Shown: positions 43,042-53,918, counted from the stretch's first letter. The stretch: 60,098 nt of DNA from a bacterium (GCA_030431555.1 JAUIIP010000002.1:1-60098); one strand, 5' to 3'. Numbers and translations: made by a program. The notes: generated by a model from the sequence alone, not told the origin.

Positions 43042-45882
43042 GTGAGTCGACAACTAACGAAAAAGCTGTTTTCAGCATTATTGTGTGCAGCGGCGTACCT
43101 GATTGCTGCTTCCCCGGCCGGTGCAGATGAGATTACCGAACTTTCCACCGCCGCAGCGGGAAAGACCGTTGAGGCCGTTCGCTACTCCAGAGGAGAAACC
43201 GAAGTCAGTCAAGAACGGATACCCTCCGATGCTCGAATAGCGCCGGGCTCGACTCTGGACAGCAGCAGCGTAGCAGATGCCGTGCGTGCTCTATACCGTC
43301 AAGGTGTATACAGCCATGTTGATGTAACAAGCAGTCAGGACGAAGACACCGTTCGGCTTGTTTTTCACCTTACCCCGGTTCTGATTGTCAGGGATGCGGA
43401 ATTTTATGGTGTAACCGCTTATGAACCGCGAGAGTTGCGGCGGATTGCAGGACTGAGACGGGGCAAACGAGTTGACACCGGCAGCATCCTGCGAGCCGCT
43501 GCCAAACTGGAAGAAGCATTCCACCAAGCCGGCTATTACAACCCGATTATTGACGTTACGCTAAGGCAAAGCCGAGTGCTGTCGTCCGTACTAGTACGAT
43601 TTACTGTAAGCGAGGGGCGACGCTCAGTGGTCCGCACTGTAAATGTAAGCGGCACGATTCCCGACGAACTTTCAAGTACGTTGGACGCCTTTATGAAGCG
43701 TGCGAGAGGTGCTTTTGCCTCCAAGCGGCGAATTGAGGAACTCAGACGGGAGCTATTACGCCGGCTGCGGGAAGAGGGCTACTTAGAAGCTATTGTTCGC
43801 CTAGAAGGCCTGCGCTACCTGCAAGAATCCGGCGACGTGGCGCTGGAGCTTCTAGTCGAACCGAGGGAACCTATTCAAATACTCTTCAGCGGCAACTCAA
43901 ATTTCAGCAGCGAGGAATTGATAGACCTATTGGAACTCGACACCCGCACGGCTCCTTTTGGACCGAACGCGATACCCAACTTTGTGCGCGACATTAAAGA
44001 CCTTTACGAACGCAGCGGCTACTATCAGGTCCAAGTCTCTCATAAAGCGATGCCGGATGAAGGCACAAGGCGCACCCATAAGATCGAAATAGTTGAAGGT
44101 CCCAGGACTCGGATCGAATCGCTTTCGTTCGAGGGAAACAATTCCTTCGGTGAGGAGAAGTTGTCTTCACTTATCAGCACAAGCGAAGCCGGCGGTTTTT
44201 TTACCCCTTGGCGCCGCGGCTATCTGATCGATAGACGGCTTGAGAACGATATTGAAGCGCTGGAGAAGTTTTATCGGTCGAACGGCTTCTTCGACGCCAA
44301 AGTCACATCTGATGCCGAACTTTCGGAGGATGATGAAAGTCTCGCAGTAAAATTCATTGTAGAGGAAGGACCGCGAACGACCGTAAACTCGGTATTGGTT
44401 ACTTGGGTAGATGCAGCCAATCCTGAGCACGGAGACATCATCTCAAAGCTGTTGACGATTACTCCCGACATCAAACTAGGCGACGTTTTGTCAGTAAGTG
44501 CACTGGAGAGCGCTCGCAGTAGTCTGCTTTCGGACATTCACGCATTCGGATTTCCGCAAGCCAGGGTTACTCCAAGCTACGACGTTCAATCGGGAGAGGT
44601 TCAATTTCAAGTTTCTCTCGGACCTCAGGTGACTATTTCTGAGATCGTCATACGGGGGAATAGAGCCACACTGCACCCGGTGATCCGCCGAGAACTTCTG
44701 GTCGAACCCAACGGTCCGTGGAATCCCGAACTCATTCGCGAATCCGAGCACTCACTCTACAAGCTTGGCGTTTTTCAGAACGTCAAGCTCGAACCTGAGG
44801 ACGGCGTGCTCGATCAAGATACGGAATCGCTGGCTGTTTCCCTAATCGAACGAGACACCGGCGGCTTTGCGGCGGGCCTTAGCTACAACACGGAGGACGG
44901 ACTGGGAGTTCTTGCTGAACTATCCCAGCGAAATGTCTTTGGCAGGGCGCATCGATTCAGCTTGAGCACGGAGCTTTTTTTTCAAAACGGAGACAGATTA
45001 ATTGACGCTGCCAGGGGTCGAATAGGTTACAACTTGCCTCGCTTTATTTCACGAAACGGCGAGCTCTATTCTGAACTTTTCGCCCAAGAGGAAGTGGAAT
45101 TCTCACAGAGCTTTAGCTATGACCGCTACGGCGCTTCGACCGTTTATCGTCACGAGTTCTCTGAGGCGCTGAGCGGCAACCTCGGCTACACAATTTTTAA
45201 CGAGAATGTATTTGACGTCCCAGCCTCGATCATCGCGGGACCGAATGATGTCGGACACACTCTGTATTCGGGAATTCGAAGCGAGGTCATCTACGACAAG
45301 CGAAACGATATCTATAATCCGAGCAAAGGCTTTCAATCCAGAATCAGCGTCTACGCAATGCCCGAGGAGCTTGGTTCGGATGCCTCTCTTGTGGGCGTAG
45401 AGCTGAGTCAGTCGTATTACACCGAATTAAGTGAGTCGCTGGTTTGGGCCAATAACCTGCGTGGTGAGATTGTCGAGCCGGTGGGAAATACCGATGTCGT
45501 GCCGCTCGGTCGAAGGCTTTTTCTAGGTGGTCGAAACACCCTGCGTGGATATTCACCCAACTCAATCGCCGCCAAAGCGGATGACGGGAATGTTGCGGGC
45601 GGTGATGCGAGCTTGGTGTTCAACACCGAGCTTCAATATGAAATTGCTCAAGATGTGGTTTTACTCACCTTCTTGGATGTTGGCCAAGCCGTATTGCGCT
45701 ACGAGGGCGATTTCGGGGGCGACACGAAATCTTTCTTCGGAGATCTAAGATACTCGCCGGGCATAGGGATGCGTTACCGTAGCCCGATCGGACCTATCGG
45801 TGCCGATCTGGGCTTCGCGGTCAACCAGGAACGGGGTGAAGAATTTGCGCGCCTTTCGATCCATATCGGTGGAACGTTTTAA
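43042..45882 (+). CDS. bamA: Omp85-family outer membrane protein assembly factor (BamA-like) with multiple POTRA domains
   Basis: 946 aa. Signal peptide and repeated POTRA-like units (for example IEIVEGPRTRIESLSFEGN). C-terminal barrel with RLFLGGRNTLRGY and a terminal aromatic residue (GGTF). Confidence 0.8.
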   Translation: MSRQLTKKLFSALLCAAAYLIAASPAGADEITELSTAAAGKTVEAVRYSRGETEVSQERIPSDARIAPGSTLDSSSVADAVRALYRQGVYSHVDVTSSQDEDTVRLVFHLTPVLIVRDAEFYGVTAYEPRELRRIAGLRRGKRVDTGSILRAAAKLEEAFHQAGYYNPIIDVTLRQSRVLSSVLVRFTVSEGRRSVVRTVNVSGTIPDELSSTLDAFMKRARGAFASKRRIEELRRELLRRLREEGYLEAIVRLEGLRYLQESGDVALELLVEPREPIQILFSGNSNFSSEELIDLLELDTRTAPFGPNAIPNFVRDIKDLYERSGYYQVQVSHKAMPDEGTRRTHKIEIVEGPRTRIESLSFEGNNSFGEEKLSSLISTSEAGGFFTPWRRGYLIDRRLENDIEALEKFYRSNGFFDAKVTSDAELSEDDESLAVKFIVEEGPRTTVNSVLVTWVDAANPEHGDIISKLLTITPDIKLGDVLSVSALESARSSLLSDIHAFGFPQARVTPSYDVQSGEVQFQVSLGPQVTISEIVIRGNRATLHPVIRRELLVEPNGPWNPELIRESEHSLYKLGVFQNVKLEPEDGVLDQDTESLAVSLIERDTGGFAAGLSYNTEDGLGVLAELSQRNVFGRAHRFSLSTELFFQNGDRLIDAARGRIGYNLPRFISRNGELYSELFAQEEVEFSQSFSYDRYGASTVYRHEFSEALSGNLGYTIFNENVFDVPASIIAGPNDVGHTLYSGIRSEVIYDKRNDIYNPSKGFQSRISVYAMPEELGSDASLVGVELSQSYYTELSESLVWANNLRGEIVEPVGNTDVVPLGRRLFLGGRNTLRGYSPNSIAAKADDGNVAGGDASLVFNTELQYEIAQDVVLLTFLDVGQAVLRYEGDFGGDTKSFFGDLRYSPGIGMRYRSPIGPIGADLGFAVNQERGEEFARLSIHIGGTF

Positions 45883-46115
45883 TAGCCTGTAATGATTCGG
45901 CCGCTTCGGCGACAAACCACTAAAACCACTGCTTGAACGTTCAATATGTTTCGATATATTTATAAGAGCTGGAATGCTGTAACATGACGAGCTTAGTGTT
46001 AAATAAGCTGCTGGCTCACTTGTTCAGCTCTGATTTCATGCTTACATTAAATTTGATAGGGTTCCGTCAATTAAGGTCTATTCAGCACGGCTGAGGCACA
46101 GGAGAGAGTATAGTA

Positions 46116-46442
46116 ATGGCAGACAATGTTTTAGAAGTTAGCGACGACACCTTTGAAGAGGAAATCCTCAAAAGCGACACGCCGGTGCTCGTCGATTTTT
46201 GGGCTCCGTGGTGCGGACCTTGCCGCAGCATCGCGCCGGTTATCGAAGAACTGGCCGGTGAGTATGCAGGCAAACTTAAGGTTGCCAAGATAAACGTAGA
46301 CAACAATCCTAAGTCTCCGGCCAATTTCCACGTTCGCGGCATCCCCAATCTGATCATCTTTAAGAACGGTGAGCTCCAGGAACAGATCGTTGGAGCTGTT
46401 GCTAAGCAGGAAATAGTCAACGCGATCGAAAAGGTCCTTTAG
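46116..46442 (+). CDS. trxA: Thioredoxin
   Basis: WAPWCGPCR active site, 108 aa. Confidence 0.95.
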   Translation: MADNVLEVSDDTFEEEILKSDTPVLVDFWAPWCGPCRSIAPVIEELAGEYAGKLKVAKINVDNNPKSPANFHVRGIPNLIIFKNGELQEQIVGAVAKQEIVNAIEKVL

Positions 46443-46458
46443 TTATACATATTCGCAA

Positions 46459-46659
46459 GTGCACGACATAATTCTAAACGGTGAGCAGCGCCAGGTCGCC
46501 GCGCAAACGGTTGATCAGCTGCTTAACGAGTGCAACTTGGCTGACAAACGCGTGGCGGTTGAACTTAATCGCGCTATAGTTCCGCGGGAACAGTACAAGG
46601 CTACCTCCGTCAAATCCGGCGATCAGGTCGAAATAGTTCATTTTGTGGGAGGAGGTTAG
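46459..46659 (+). CDS. thiS: Thiamine biosynthesis sulfur carrier ThiS
   Basis: 66 aa ending VGGG. Immediately upstream of thiG. Confidence 0.8.
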   Translation: MHDIILNGEQRQVAAQTVDQLLNECNLADKRVAVELNRAIVPREQYKATSVKSGDQVEIVHFVGGG

Positions 46660-46696
46660 ATATTAAAGCCCTCCCCTTCATCAGGCAGTTCAGCAA

Positions 46697-47476
46697 ATGA
46701 AAACAGAAGACTCTTTTGATATTGGCGGCAAAACTTTCAGGTCACGCCTAATTGTCGGGTCCGGCAAATATGAAAGTTTTCAGCAAACGCGAGAAGCTAC
46801 GATCGCGGCCGGCGCAGAGATGATCACCGTAGCCGTTCGGCGAGTCAACATTACAGACCCCTCAAAAGAAAGCCTGCTGGAACACCTAAACGACCTTGAT
46901 ATAACAATTTTACCTAACACTGCCGGCTGCTATTCCCTAGATGACTGCTTGCGCACTGCCAGATTGGCCAGAGAAGCCGGCGTTGGTGATTTCGTAAAAG
47001 TCGAGGTAATCGGTGACGACAAGACCTTATTTCCCGACAACGAAAAGACAATCGAAGCGTGTAAGATTCTCTCGAACGAGGGCTTCATTTGCATGCCTTA
47101 TATAACCGATGACCCGATCGTTGCTAAGAAATGCATCGACGCAGGAGCTGCTGCAGTGATGCCGCTTGCAGCTCCGATTGGGAGCGGCCTAGGCCTTCAG
47201 AATCCATATAATTTGGCAATTATCATCGAGCAGTCGGACGTGCCGGTTATAGTTGATGCCGGAGTCGGCACCGCCTCAGACGCGTCAAGATGTCTAGAGC
47301 TGGGCGCTGCTGCAATCCTCACAAATTCGGCAATTGCCTGCGCTAAAGATCCGGTGCGAATGGCCTCCGCGATGAAGAACGCTGTTGTTGCCGGCCGCGA
47401 GGCGTTTTTGGCCGGTAGAATGGAAAAGCGGCTTTACGCCCACGCTTCAAGTCCAGTAGCCGGATTGATTAGTTAA
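46697..47476 (+). CDS. thiG: Thiazole synthase
   Basis: [23 protein letters not shown] and [12 protein letters not shown] motifs. Confidence 0.9.
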   Translation: MKTEDSFDIGGKTFRSRLIVGSGKYESFQQTREATIAAGAEMITVAVRRVNITDPSKESLLEHLNDLDITILPNTAGCYSLDDCLRTARLAREAGVGDFVKVEVIGDDKTLFPDNEKTIEACKILSNEGFICMPYITDDPIVAKKCIDAGAAAVMPLAAPIGSGLGLQNPYNLAIIIEQSDVPVIVDAGVGTASDASRCLELGAAAILTNSAIACAKDPVRMASAMKNAVVAGREAFLAGRMEKRLYAHASSPVAGLIS

Positions 47477-48126
47477 TGCCCGCCGGCATACACCTCATAA
47501 GTGATGGGGGAAAGCTGCGCCGCGAAGGTAGACTAATCGGCGTCTTGGCAAAGGCACTATCAGGAGCAAACGGCGCAATTGCCGCGGTTCACCTCAGAGA
47601 GCAGCCACACCCAAAACAAACCGCTAGCGACGAAGAGGTTAGTGAACTTGCACTGAGGGCACTGGAGATTTGCGAAGCTCATGGCGCAAAGTTAATAATT
47701 AACCGCAGACTGGACCTAGCGACCGCCGCAGACGCGCACGGCGTTCACCTAAGCGGGCCAGTCGACGTCGTTGGCTCCACCCGCGCACTTTGCACTTCCA
47801 ACTTCCTGATAGGCTATTCCGCTCACAGCGTCGAAGAGGCTGAAGCTGCGTGCGCCGACGAAGCCGATTACGTTTTCCTAAGTCCTATATTTGACCCGAT
47901 CAGCAAACAGGCCGTAACTGCACCACTGGGCCTGAACAGTTTGTCGCACGCCGCAGCCTTACTCCCCGGCAAAGTCATCGCCCTTGGCGGCATTGACGCT
48001 GACCGAGCTAAGGAGTGCAAAAAGTGCGGCGCCGCGGGTATAGCGGTCATAGGCTCTGTGATGTTAGCCCAAGACCCGGAAAAGGCCGCAGCCGAACTGG
48101 CCGATGCTTGGTTAGTCGGTAATTAG
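47476..48126 (+). CDS. thiE: Thiamine-phosphate synthase
   Basis: TMP-TENI fold pattern (VHLREQ..., IINRRLDLA, ADYVFLSPIF, ALGGI). TAATG overlap with thiG. Confidence 0.75.
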   Translation: MPAGIHLISDGGKLRREGRLIGVLAKALSGANGAIAAVHLREQPHPKQTASDEEVSELALRALEICEAHGAKLIINRRLDLATAADAHGVHLSGPVDVVGSTRALCTSNFLIGYSAHSVEEAEAACADEADYVFLSPIFDPISKQAVTAPLGLNSLSHAAALLPGKVIALGGIDADRAKECKKCGAAGIAVIGSVMLAQDPEKAAAELADAWLVGN

Positions 48127-48152
48127 CTCAGCCGCTAGCCCAAACTCTGCTT

Positions 48153-50009
48153 TTACTGCAGCGTCAACATCTGAGCGCGAGAACAAACTACATTCTCAGC
48201 CGCACCAGTAGTAACCTGCGTCGATATGAATCTACCGGCAAACAATTCGGCAACTTCCTCGATATCCTTCGGACCGGAACCTGGAGTTTGCGAAGCAGCC
48301 ATACCCAGCCAGGGTCTCGCCATCTGCAGCAGGAGTTCTGTATTTATGTACAGAAAGTAGTCACCGGCTTCCAGAGCCTTTTCAGGGTTCTCAAGCCCGC
48401 CGGAAGTCGAAGCTAAGTAAGACGCATCATTGTCCAGTGCCTTAGCAACCTTGTCGAAGGCGTAAGGATTGGAGGTCACAAAAACTGAATTATGACCCAC
48501 CATAGCACCTTGAACCGGAACAGGTTGGCCGCTGTTTATTTGGAGCCGCGGTTCGGGTCCGGACGTGTCGACGGATGCCATCGGCTGTGGGAGAAACTGA
48601 TTCATAGTCTCAGCCACTGCAGTCAGCGCCTCCTCGCCGTCAAGCGAACCATTGCCCAGAAACAGCCCCACTTCCGGCATCGGATTACCAGGGGCAACAC
48701 TGGCAACAACACCAAGCTCCTTATATCCGAGACGGTTAAACTCTCGCTCAGCTGTATCGATCATGGCTCTAAAACGCTTCGCATCGTCGCCAGCCTGCGC
48801 CTGATCCAGTGCATCTCCGTAATAGTCTCTGAAGAAATCAAAATAAAACGGAACTGTATCGAGTTGAAAGCGGAACGCCAGAAGTGAGTTTTCACCCACG
48901 AGCTTATGAAACAGACCCGAACTCGGAGAGTTAGTTCGTGACTCAATAAGCCGCCTGTAAAAGTCTCCTATCTTCGAGCCCGCTTCAGTCTTCATGCACG
49001 ACAGCGAATTGAACCCGCCGGCAAAATCAACTGACGCTCCCAGCACCCCAAGATCCTTAAACTGACTATTGATTTGACGGCGTAAATCTTCGGCTGACAT
49101 GGTTGAGGTAGGATCGGCATTCATTGCAGACTCAATAAACCCGTTGATCATCGTCTCAAGTTTGGGATAGTCGAGGTACATAAACAGCCCGGTCGCAGGG
49201 AGCAGGCTCACACCAATCGCCTTCCAATCTGAGCCGGAGACTAGCATCTTGTCCTCGTCCGCGGACTTGAACGCATCGATCTCAGAAGCTCCGAAAGTAA
49301 GGGCTACCGTCTCCCCCTGAGCGAACAAAGCACCTTTCATGCGCGAGTCAGCTGTCGCCCCAAATTCAAAATCATAAACTCCTTCAGCTCCGCTGCGCTT
49401 GACCACGGTTCCGTCACTATCTTCAAGCGACGCCTGGCCCTTGAGGAGTTCATTGTCTACGTATTCGCGCAGCCTTTCTGGGGTAGCAGTGCCCGCAAAC
49501 TTACCTTGGACCAGCGTATACGGAATCTTAGTGCCGTCGGGGGCCTCAACAGACTGCTCCAGTACAACCAAGACCGCTTCTGTCAGTTCGTTCCAACCGT
49601 CCGAAAGAATCTTTACGGCCTTCTCTGCCTTCGCGACTTCCTCCGGATCCTGTCCGGTCTCAGCTCTGGACTTGGCGGACTCGATTAGTGAGGGTTTAAG
49701 ACCCTGCATTTTACCCAAGTTCGTGGAGGCAAGCCGCTTCCAGAAGTTCTCTACGTAATTTACCGCAGGGTCGACATTGCGGGGGGACATATGCAGAACG
49801 GCAATCGCATCGCCACGCACACCGCTTAATACCGAATCTGAAGGGACCTCACCGCCTCCAGCTGGGAGCACCGCTCCTTCTCCTTGGTAGCTCGCTACTC
49901 CTAGCAAGCCGCCTCCGCCCGAAGCGGGGCCGCCCGACCTAGTTGCTACAAAAACGCCGGCTACAAGCGCGACTAAGACCAGTCCTATTAAGACACCCTT
50001 CGAGTTCAT
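48153..50009 (-). CDS. N-terminally anchored hypothetical protein (618 aa)
   Basis: TM LIGLVLVALVAGVFV followed by a large extracytoplasmic domain. No motif recognised. Confidence 0.6.
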   Translation of the reverse strand: MNSKGVLIGLVLVALVAGVFVATRSGGPASGGGGLLGVASYQGEGAVLPAGGGEVPSDSVLSGVRGDAIAVLHMSPRNVDPAVNYVENFWKRLASTNLGKMQGLKPSLIESAKSRAETGQDPEEVAKAEKAVKILSDGWNELTEAVLVVLEQSVEAPDGTKIPYTLVQGKFAGTATPERLREYVDNELLKGQASLEDSDGTVVKRSGAEGVYDFEFGATADSRMKGALFAQGETVALTFGASEIDAFKSADEDKMLVSGSDWKAIGVSLLPATGLFMYLDYPKLETMINGFIESAMNADPTSTMSAEDLRRQINSQFKDLGVLGASVDFAGGFNSLSCMKTEAGSKIGDFYRRLIESRTNSPSSGLFHKLVGENSLLAFRFQLDTVPFYFDFFRDYYGDALDQAQAGDDAKRFRAMIDTAEREFNRLGYKELGVVASVAPGNPMPEVGLFLGNGSLDGEEALTAVAETMNQFLPQPMASVDTSGPEPRLQINSGQPVPVQGAMVGHNSVFVTSNPYAFDKVAKALDNDASYLASTSGGLENPEKALEAGDYFLYINTELLLQMARPWLGMAASQTPGSGPKDIEEVAELFAGRFISTQVTTGAAENVVCSRAQMLTLQ

Positions 50010-50039
50010 CTAAATTCTCTCCTGATTGGCCAATAAATT

Positions 50040-50642
50040 CTATTCAACCGCTAATACGTCGCCGCTTTGCAGCTGCGGGTTGGGCTCGTCGCCCGAAATG
50101 ACTTCATTGTAGTCCAAGACATAGCGCTTTTCGCCGTCCGGTGACTTTCTAATAAGGGTCACAGTTCCAGGATTGGCGAACGGTGCAAAACCTCCACCCG
50201 TTGCTATTGCTTGCAGAAAGGTAACAGAGCCTTCACTGCGGTGCTCTCCCGGACGCTGGAACGCTCCGAGAAGGAAATACTTTACCGGCGCACTTTGCAC
50301 CACCGACACAACTACGGACGCGGCTGGAATGTATCTTTTAAGTTCCTGAGTAACGTTTTTGGTAAATTCTTCGATTGTAAGACCCTGTGCATGAATTTCG
50401 TTAATCAGCTTTATGGATACTTTACCGTCGTCTCTAACGAATACTTCACCTGAGACCTCCGGCTCACCCCATACCTGCACATTAAGCGTGTCACCTGAAC
50501 GAATCATATAAACAGGCGCCTTGCCGGAAGCGGACTGTAATTCGTCCAGCGGCCGGCTATCGACTCCTCCGGCACAGCCCGTCTGAAGTACGAAAAGAAT
50601 TACAACTATAACCGGCAATAAACGCATGCTTGCAGCTCCCAT
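50040..50642 (-). CDS. Polysaccharide export lipoprotein (Wza/Poly_export plus SLBB type, short PEP-CTERM-locus form)
   Basis: Lipobox LQTGC. IRSGDTLNVQVWGEPEVSGEVFVRDDGKVSI is the Poly_export signature. Confidence 0.8.
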   Translation of the reverse strand: MGAASMRLLPVIVVILFVLQTGCAGGVDSRPLDELQSASGKAPVYMIRSGDTLNVQVWGEPEVSGEVFVRDDGKVSIKLINEIHAQGLTIEEFTKNVTQELKRYIPAASVVVSVVQSAPVKYFLLGAFQRPGEHRSEGSVTFLQAIATGGGFAPFANPGTVTLIRKSPDGEKRYVLDYNEVISGDEPNPQLQSGDVLAVE

Positions 50643-52858
50643 TATTTGAGTCGTTTCCTCAGCTCACTGATCTTCTTTACCGTTTCGTCCGAGAGCTCGC
50701 CCGAGGCCTCGGCCCGGGAAAGTGCTTCAGATGCTCCTTCTTTATCATTTAACGCAAATTTTATCTCAGCCAGCCGGTAATATCTTGAGCCGAGCGACCT
50801 GCCCTCAGCCTCGTCAGCCGCCAATTCCAAAGCCTCCTCCATCAGCCCTGCCGCAGCACGGTGCTGGCCGCGTAGGAAATAAATCCAAGCCAAAGTGTCG
50901 GTAATACTACCGTCTCGCGGACGTTCCTCCTTCGCTATTTTGGAGTAGCGAAGTGCCTCATCTAAGCTGCCATCAAGTTTGTCGACCAGGATCCAGGCTA
51001 AATTATTGGCAGCTTGCGCATGACGTGGAGACGCTTCCAGCACCTTTCGGTAATAATCCGCAGCAGCTGCGAAATCTCCTTTAGATTGTCGTATTCCCGC
51101 AAGTAGCATCAACGAGGGAACATGCGAGGGATGCCGCTTTACCAGCGCCTTGTATCCATTTTCCGCAGCGTCCAAATCTCCCTGTGCCAGCAGAACGGAC
51201 GCCAGTAAGGCACGCGCTTCGGCCATACCGGAACGCTCCTTTGCAGCAAAACTTAGAAGGTCTTTAACCCGCTCCACGTTCTGCTCAGCGTTATCACGAT
51301 CCCTAATAAGCAGAGATGCAAGCAGCATACTGTACTCTGGCTTGGAGTGCTTACTCGACTCGAGATACTTTTCTATTTCTTCTCTTGCAGCGTTCTGCCC
51401 CTGCCGCTTGCCTACCAGCGCAATGACGCGCTGCGCCGGAAGAAGAATTTTGCGATCGAACTCTAACGCTTTACGGTAGTTTTTCAGCGCTGACTCATAG
51501 TTCCCCGAGCGCTCATCAACTACACCAAGCTTAACGTACCCTGAGGGGTTATTCGGAAATCGGGAAACCAGAGTTTGGTAGATAGTCCTCGCCTGTTTCA
51601 AGTCGCCTTTAATCATTAAAATGTCGGCATTAATGACATTGGCAGCTTGCTGTGACGGATAGCGCTTGAGCACATGGGAAACATGTTCCGCGGCTACTCC
51701 GTAGTTTTTCTTCGCAAAGGCGTCTCGGGCAAGAGCTAGTCGAGCGGCGACATCACCGGGATCCAGCGTCACCGCCTGACTCAGGTGCTCAATTGCTTCC
51801 CCTCTTCTACCCAATCTAAGCTCAGTTAAACCAGCTCGTCGAAATGCAGGCGCGAAATTACGCAGCAGCTGAATTGAGCTGACATAATGAGTAAGTGCTT
51901 GCTGATAATTCTTATTTGTCTCGGCGTCCCGCCCTTGAAAATAGGCATGAGCGCCCTCTGCCTCGGGCTCCTCGGCCAGTTCGGAAGTAAGTGCGCGCGC
52001 TTTGTCGTTTTCTCCTCGCAGCACATATAGGTCATAGAGTCGGTCCCGAGCCAGATGGCGCAGCGGATCCTTTTCCAAGGTTTCTCTGTATTGCTCAAAC
52101 GCCCGGTCTATCATTCCCCGACGCAGCAGGAACTCAGCAAAATAAAGCCTTAGTGCCGCCGCATCTGGTTCTTGCTGTACTACTTCTTGGATCGACTCCT
52201 GCGCTTCTTCGAATCGGCCCTGCGAAACATACAACATCGCCAACGCCATCCTTATAGTCGCGTTGCCGGGCGCGGTGGACACAGCCTTTAGTAAGTTCTC
52301 TTCAGCGGCCTTGGCGTCGCCCGCCGCAATTTGCACATCGGCGAGCTTGGCGAGTACTAAGGCGTCGCTGTCGTCTTCCTTCGCAAGCTTGGTAAGAATT
52401 TCCAATGCTTGCTCGATCTTGGATCTCCCGTGGAGGCTGCTCGCTTTGAGCATCAACCCCTCACGATCTGCCGGATCGGATTCCATAAGCTTGTTCAGCT
52501 CACTCTCCGCATGTTCGTATTGGCGTGCGGCAATCAGCATTGACGCTAAACGCAGGCGAGCGGTGCGATTGTCCGGATCGAGATTAGTAACCGCTTTGTA
52601 ACTCTCAAGCGCCTTTCTATATTGGCGCAGTCTGAGCTGAACCTCGGCGAGTTCTAGGACTGTTTCCGGATCGTCAGCCTTTATCTCCATAGCCTGAAGC
52701 AGCGATATTCTGGCTTCTTCAAGCTTGTCTTCCGCACGATATTCGATAGCTCGCTGCTTTAGCCGGGCGAATTTCTCCTCCGGCGTCTCTGTGCAGGCGA
52801 GACTGGACAGCAAGAGAACTAAAAGAAGGGAAGTCTTTAGATACGATGGCAGACGCAT
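50642..52858 (-). CDS. TPR-repeat lipoprotein (PrsT-like, PEP-CTERM-system-associated type)
   Basis: Lipobox SSLAC. About 700 aa of tandem TPR repeats. TAATG coupling to the export gene. Confidence 0.7.
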   Translation of the reverse strand: MRLPSYLKTSLLLVLLLSSLACTETPEEKFARLKQRAIEYRAEDKLEEARISLLQAMEIKADDPETVLELAEVQLRLRQYRKALESYKAVTNLDPDNRTARLRLASMLIAARQYEHAESELNKLMESDPADREGLMLKASSLHGRSKIEQALEILTKLAKEDDSDALVLAKLADVQIAAGDAKAAEENLLKAVSTAPGNATIRMALAMLYVSQGRFEEAQESIQEVVQQEPDAAALRLYFAEFLLRRGMIDRAFEQYRETLEKDPLRHLARDRLYDLYVLRGENDKARALTSELAEEPEAEGAHAYFQGRDAETNKNYQQALTHYVSSIQLLRNFAPAFRRAGLTELRLGRRGEAIEHLSQAVTLDPGDVAARLALARDAFAKKNYGVAAEHVSHVLKRYPSQQAANVINADILMIKGDLKQARTIYQTLVSRFPNNPSGYVKLGVVDERSGNYESALKNYRKALEFDRKILLPAQRVIALVGKRQGQNAAREEIEKYLESSKHSKPEYSMLLASLLIRDRDNAEQNVERVKDLLSFAAKERSGMAEARALLASVLLAQGDLDAAENGYKALVKRHPSHVPSLMLLAGIRQSKGDFAAAADYYRKVLEASPRHAQAANNLAWILVDKLDGSLDEALRYSKIAKEERPRDGSITDTLAWIYFLRGQHRAAAGLMEEALELAADEAEGRSLGSRYYRLAEIKFALNDKEGASEALSRAEASGELSDETVKKISELRKRLK

Positions 52859-52982
52859 ATTGCTTGATTATTGAGCCCGAAAACCACAAAAACTTAATCC
52901 GCAGAAGAGTTTAGACCAATAGCATACGATGTAACAGAAGCTTTTTGACCTTTATCACCACATGGTATTACTCATCTAAGTT

Positions 52983-53636
52983 ATGAAAAGAGAAATTGGG
53001 ATTGATTCGAGCGGCGAACGCCGACCTGAGCAAAGTAAAGCAGAAGCCTCGGAAAAGCACGATGGTTCGGCTAAGGCCGAGCTAGACCCGAGAACCTGGT
53101 TAGATGCTCACGGCGACTACCTCCACCGTTACGCCATGTCGATGCTCGGCAACCGCGCCGATGCGGAAGAGATGGTGCAGGACACGTTCCTCTCCGGCAT
53201 TCGTGCCCTTGACTCCTTCGAAGGTCGTGGTTCTGTAAGGGCCTGGCTGCGAAGCATTCTTCGCAATAAGGTGCTGGACCGTCTACGAGCCAAGAAGCGG
53301 CTTGACGTCCTGGGCGTTGAAGGAGACGCGAACGACCCGGACTACTTTAACAGCATTGGCATCTGGAAAACGCTAATAAACAAGTGGGATGTAGATGCCG
53401 AGGCGGTACTGCACCAGCGCGACTTTCTCTCCGCGCTCAGCGATTGCTTTAGCGGACTTCCCGAAAAAATGCGCGTAGTATTAACAATGAAGATTTTTGA
53501 CGGTTTTAGCTCAGATCAAATCTGTAATGTTTTAGAAATCTCATCGTCTAATCTGTGGGTTATTGTGCATCGAGCGCGCATCCGCCTAAGAGACTGCTTA
53601 AATCGCTCATGGTATCTCGCTGACAACAATTCTTGA
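52983..53636 (+). CDS. ECF-type sigma factor
   Basis: Region 2 (EEMVQDTFLSGIRALDSFEGRGSVRAWLRSILRNKVLD) and region 4 (VVLTMKIFDGFSSDQICNVLEISSSNLWVIVHRARIRLR). Confidence 0.85.
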   Translation: MKREIGIDSSGERRPEQSKAEASEKHDGSAKAELDPRTWLDAHGDYLHRYAMSMLGNRADAEEMVQDTFLSGIRALDSFEGRGSVRAWLRSILRNKVLDRLRAKKRLDVLGVEGDANDPDYFNSIGIWKTLINKWDVDAEAVLHQRDFLSALSDCFSGLPEKMRVVLTMKIFDGFSSDQICNVLEISSSNLWVIVHRARIRLRDCLNRSWYLADNNS

Positions 53637-53639
53637 CTT

Positions 53640-53918
53640 ATGCTTGGCTGGCTTTCCTGCAAGAAATACACGGAGTCCTTATCGCGTTCGCTCGATAAAC
53701 CGCTTGCGGCTCACGAAAAACCGATGCATTGGTTTCACTGGTTTATCTGTTTTAGCTGTCGAAGATTCCGCAAGCAGCTGCTAATTATAGAGCGGGCAGT
53801 AAAGCAGTGTAGAGACGAGCCGGAACTGCTAGAGGCGGCGGGTGCTGACGGTTTGTCCGAAGAGGCTCGCAGCGAGATTCGCCGTTGCCTCGAGCAGGAG
53901 TTGGCAGGTGAAAATTGA
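53640..53918 (+). CDS. Small zf-HC2-type anti-sigma factor without a TM segment
   Basis: Starts 4 nt after the sigma gene's end. Contains the H-x3-C-x2-C motif (HWFICFSC) plus an upstream Cys. 92 aa with no hydrophobic helix. Confidence 0.6.
   Translation: MLGWLSCKKYTESLSRSLDKPLAAHEKPMHWFHWFICFSCRRFRKQLLIIERAVKQCRDEPELLEAAGADGLSEEARSEIRRCLEQELAGEN

Noticed and set aside
45984-46094. 36-codon small ORF (MTSLVLNKLLAHLF...) in the bamA-trxA intergenic region
   Set aside because: It has no convincing SD and no recognisable motif, and it sits in an AT-rich promoter-like region. It is probably a chance ORF.
45883-46696. TPP (THI-box) riboswitch upstream of trxA-thiSGE
   Set aside because: I looked for the conserved CUGAGA and ACCUGAUCUGGAUAAUGCCAGCG-like elements and did not find them. 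The trxA-thiS gap is only 16 nt. A covariance-model scan would be decisive.
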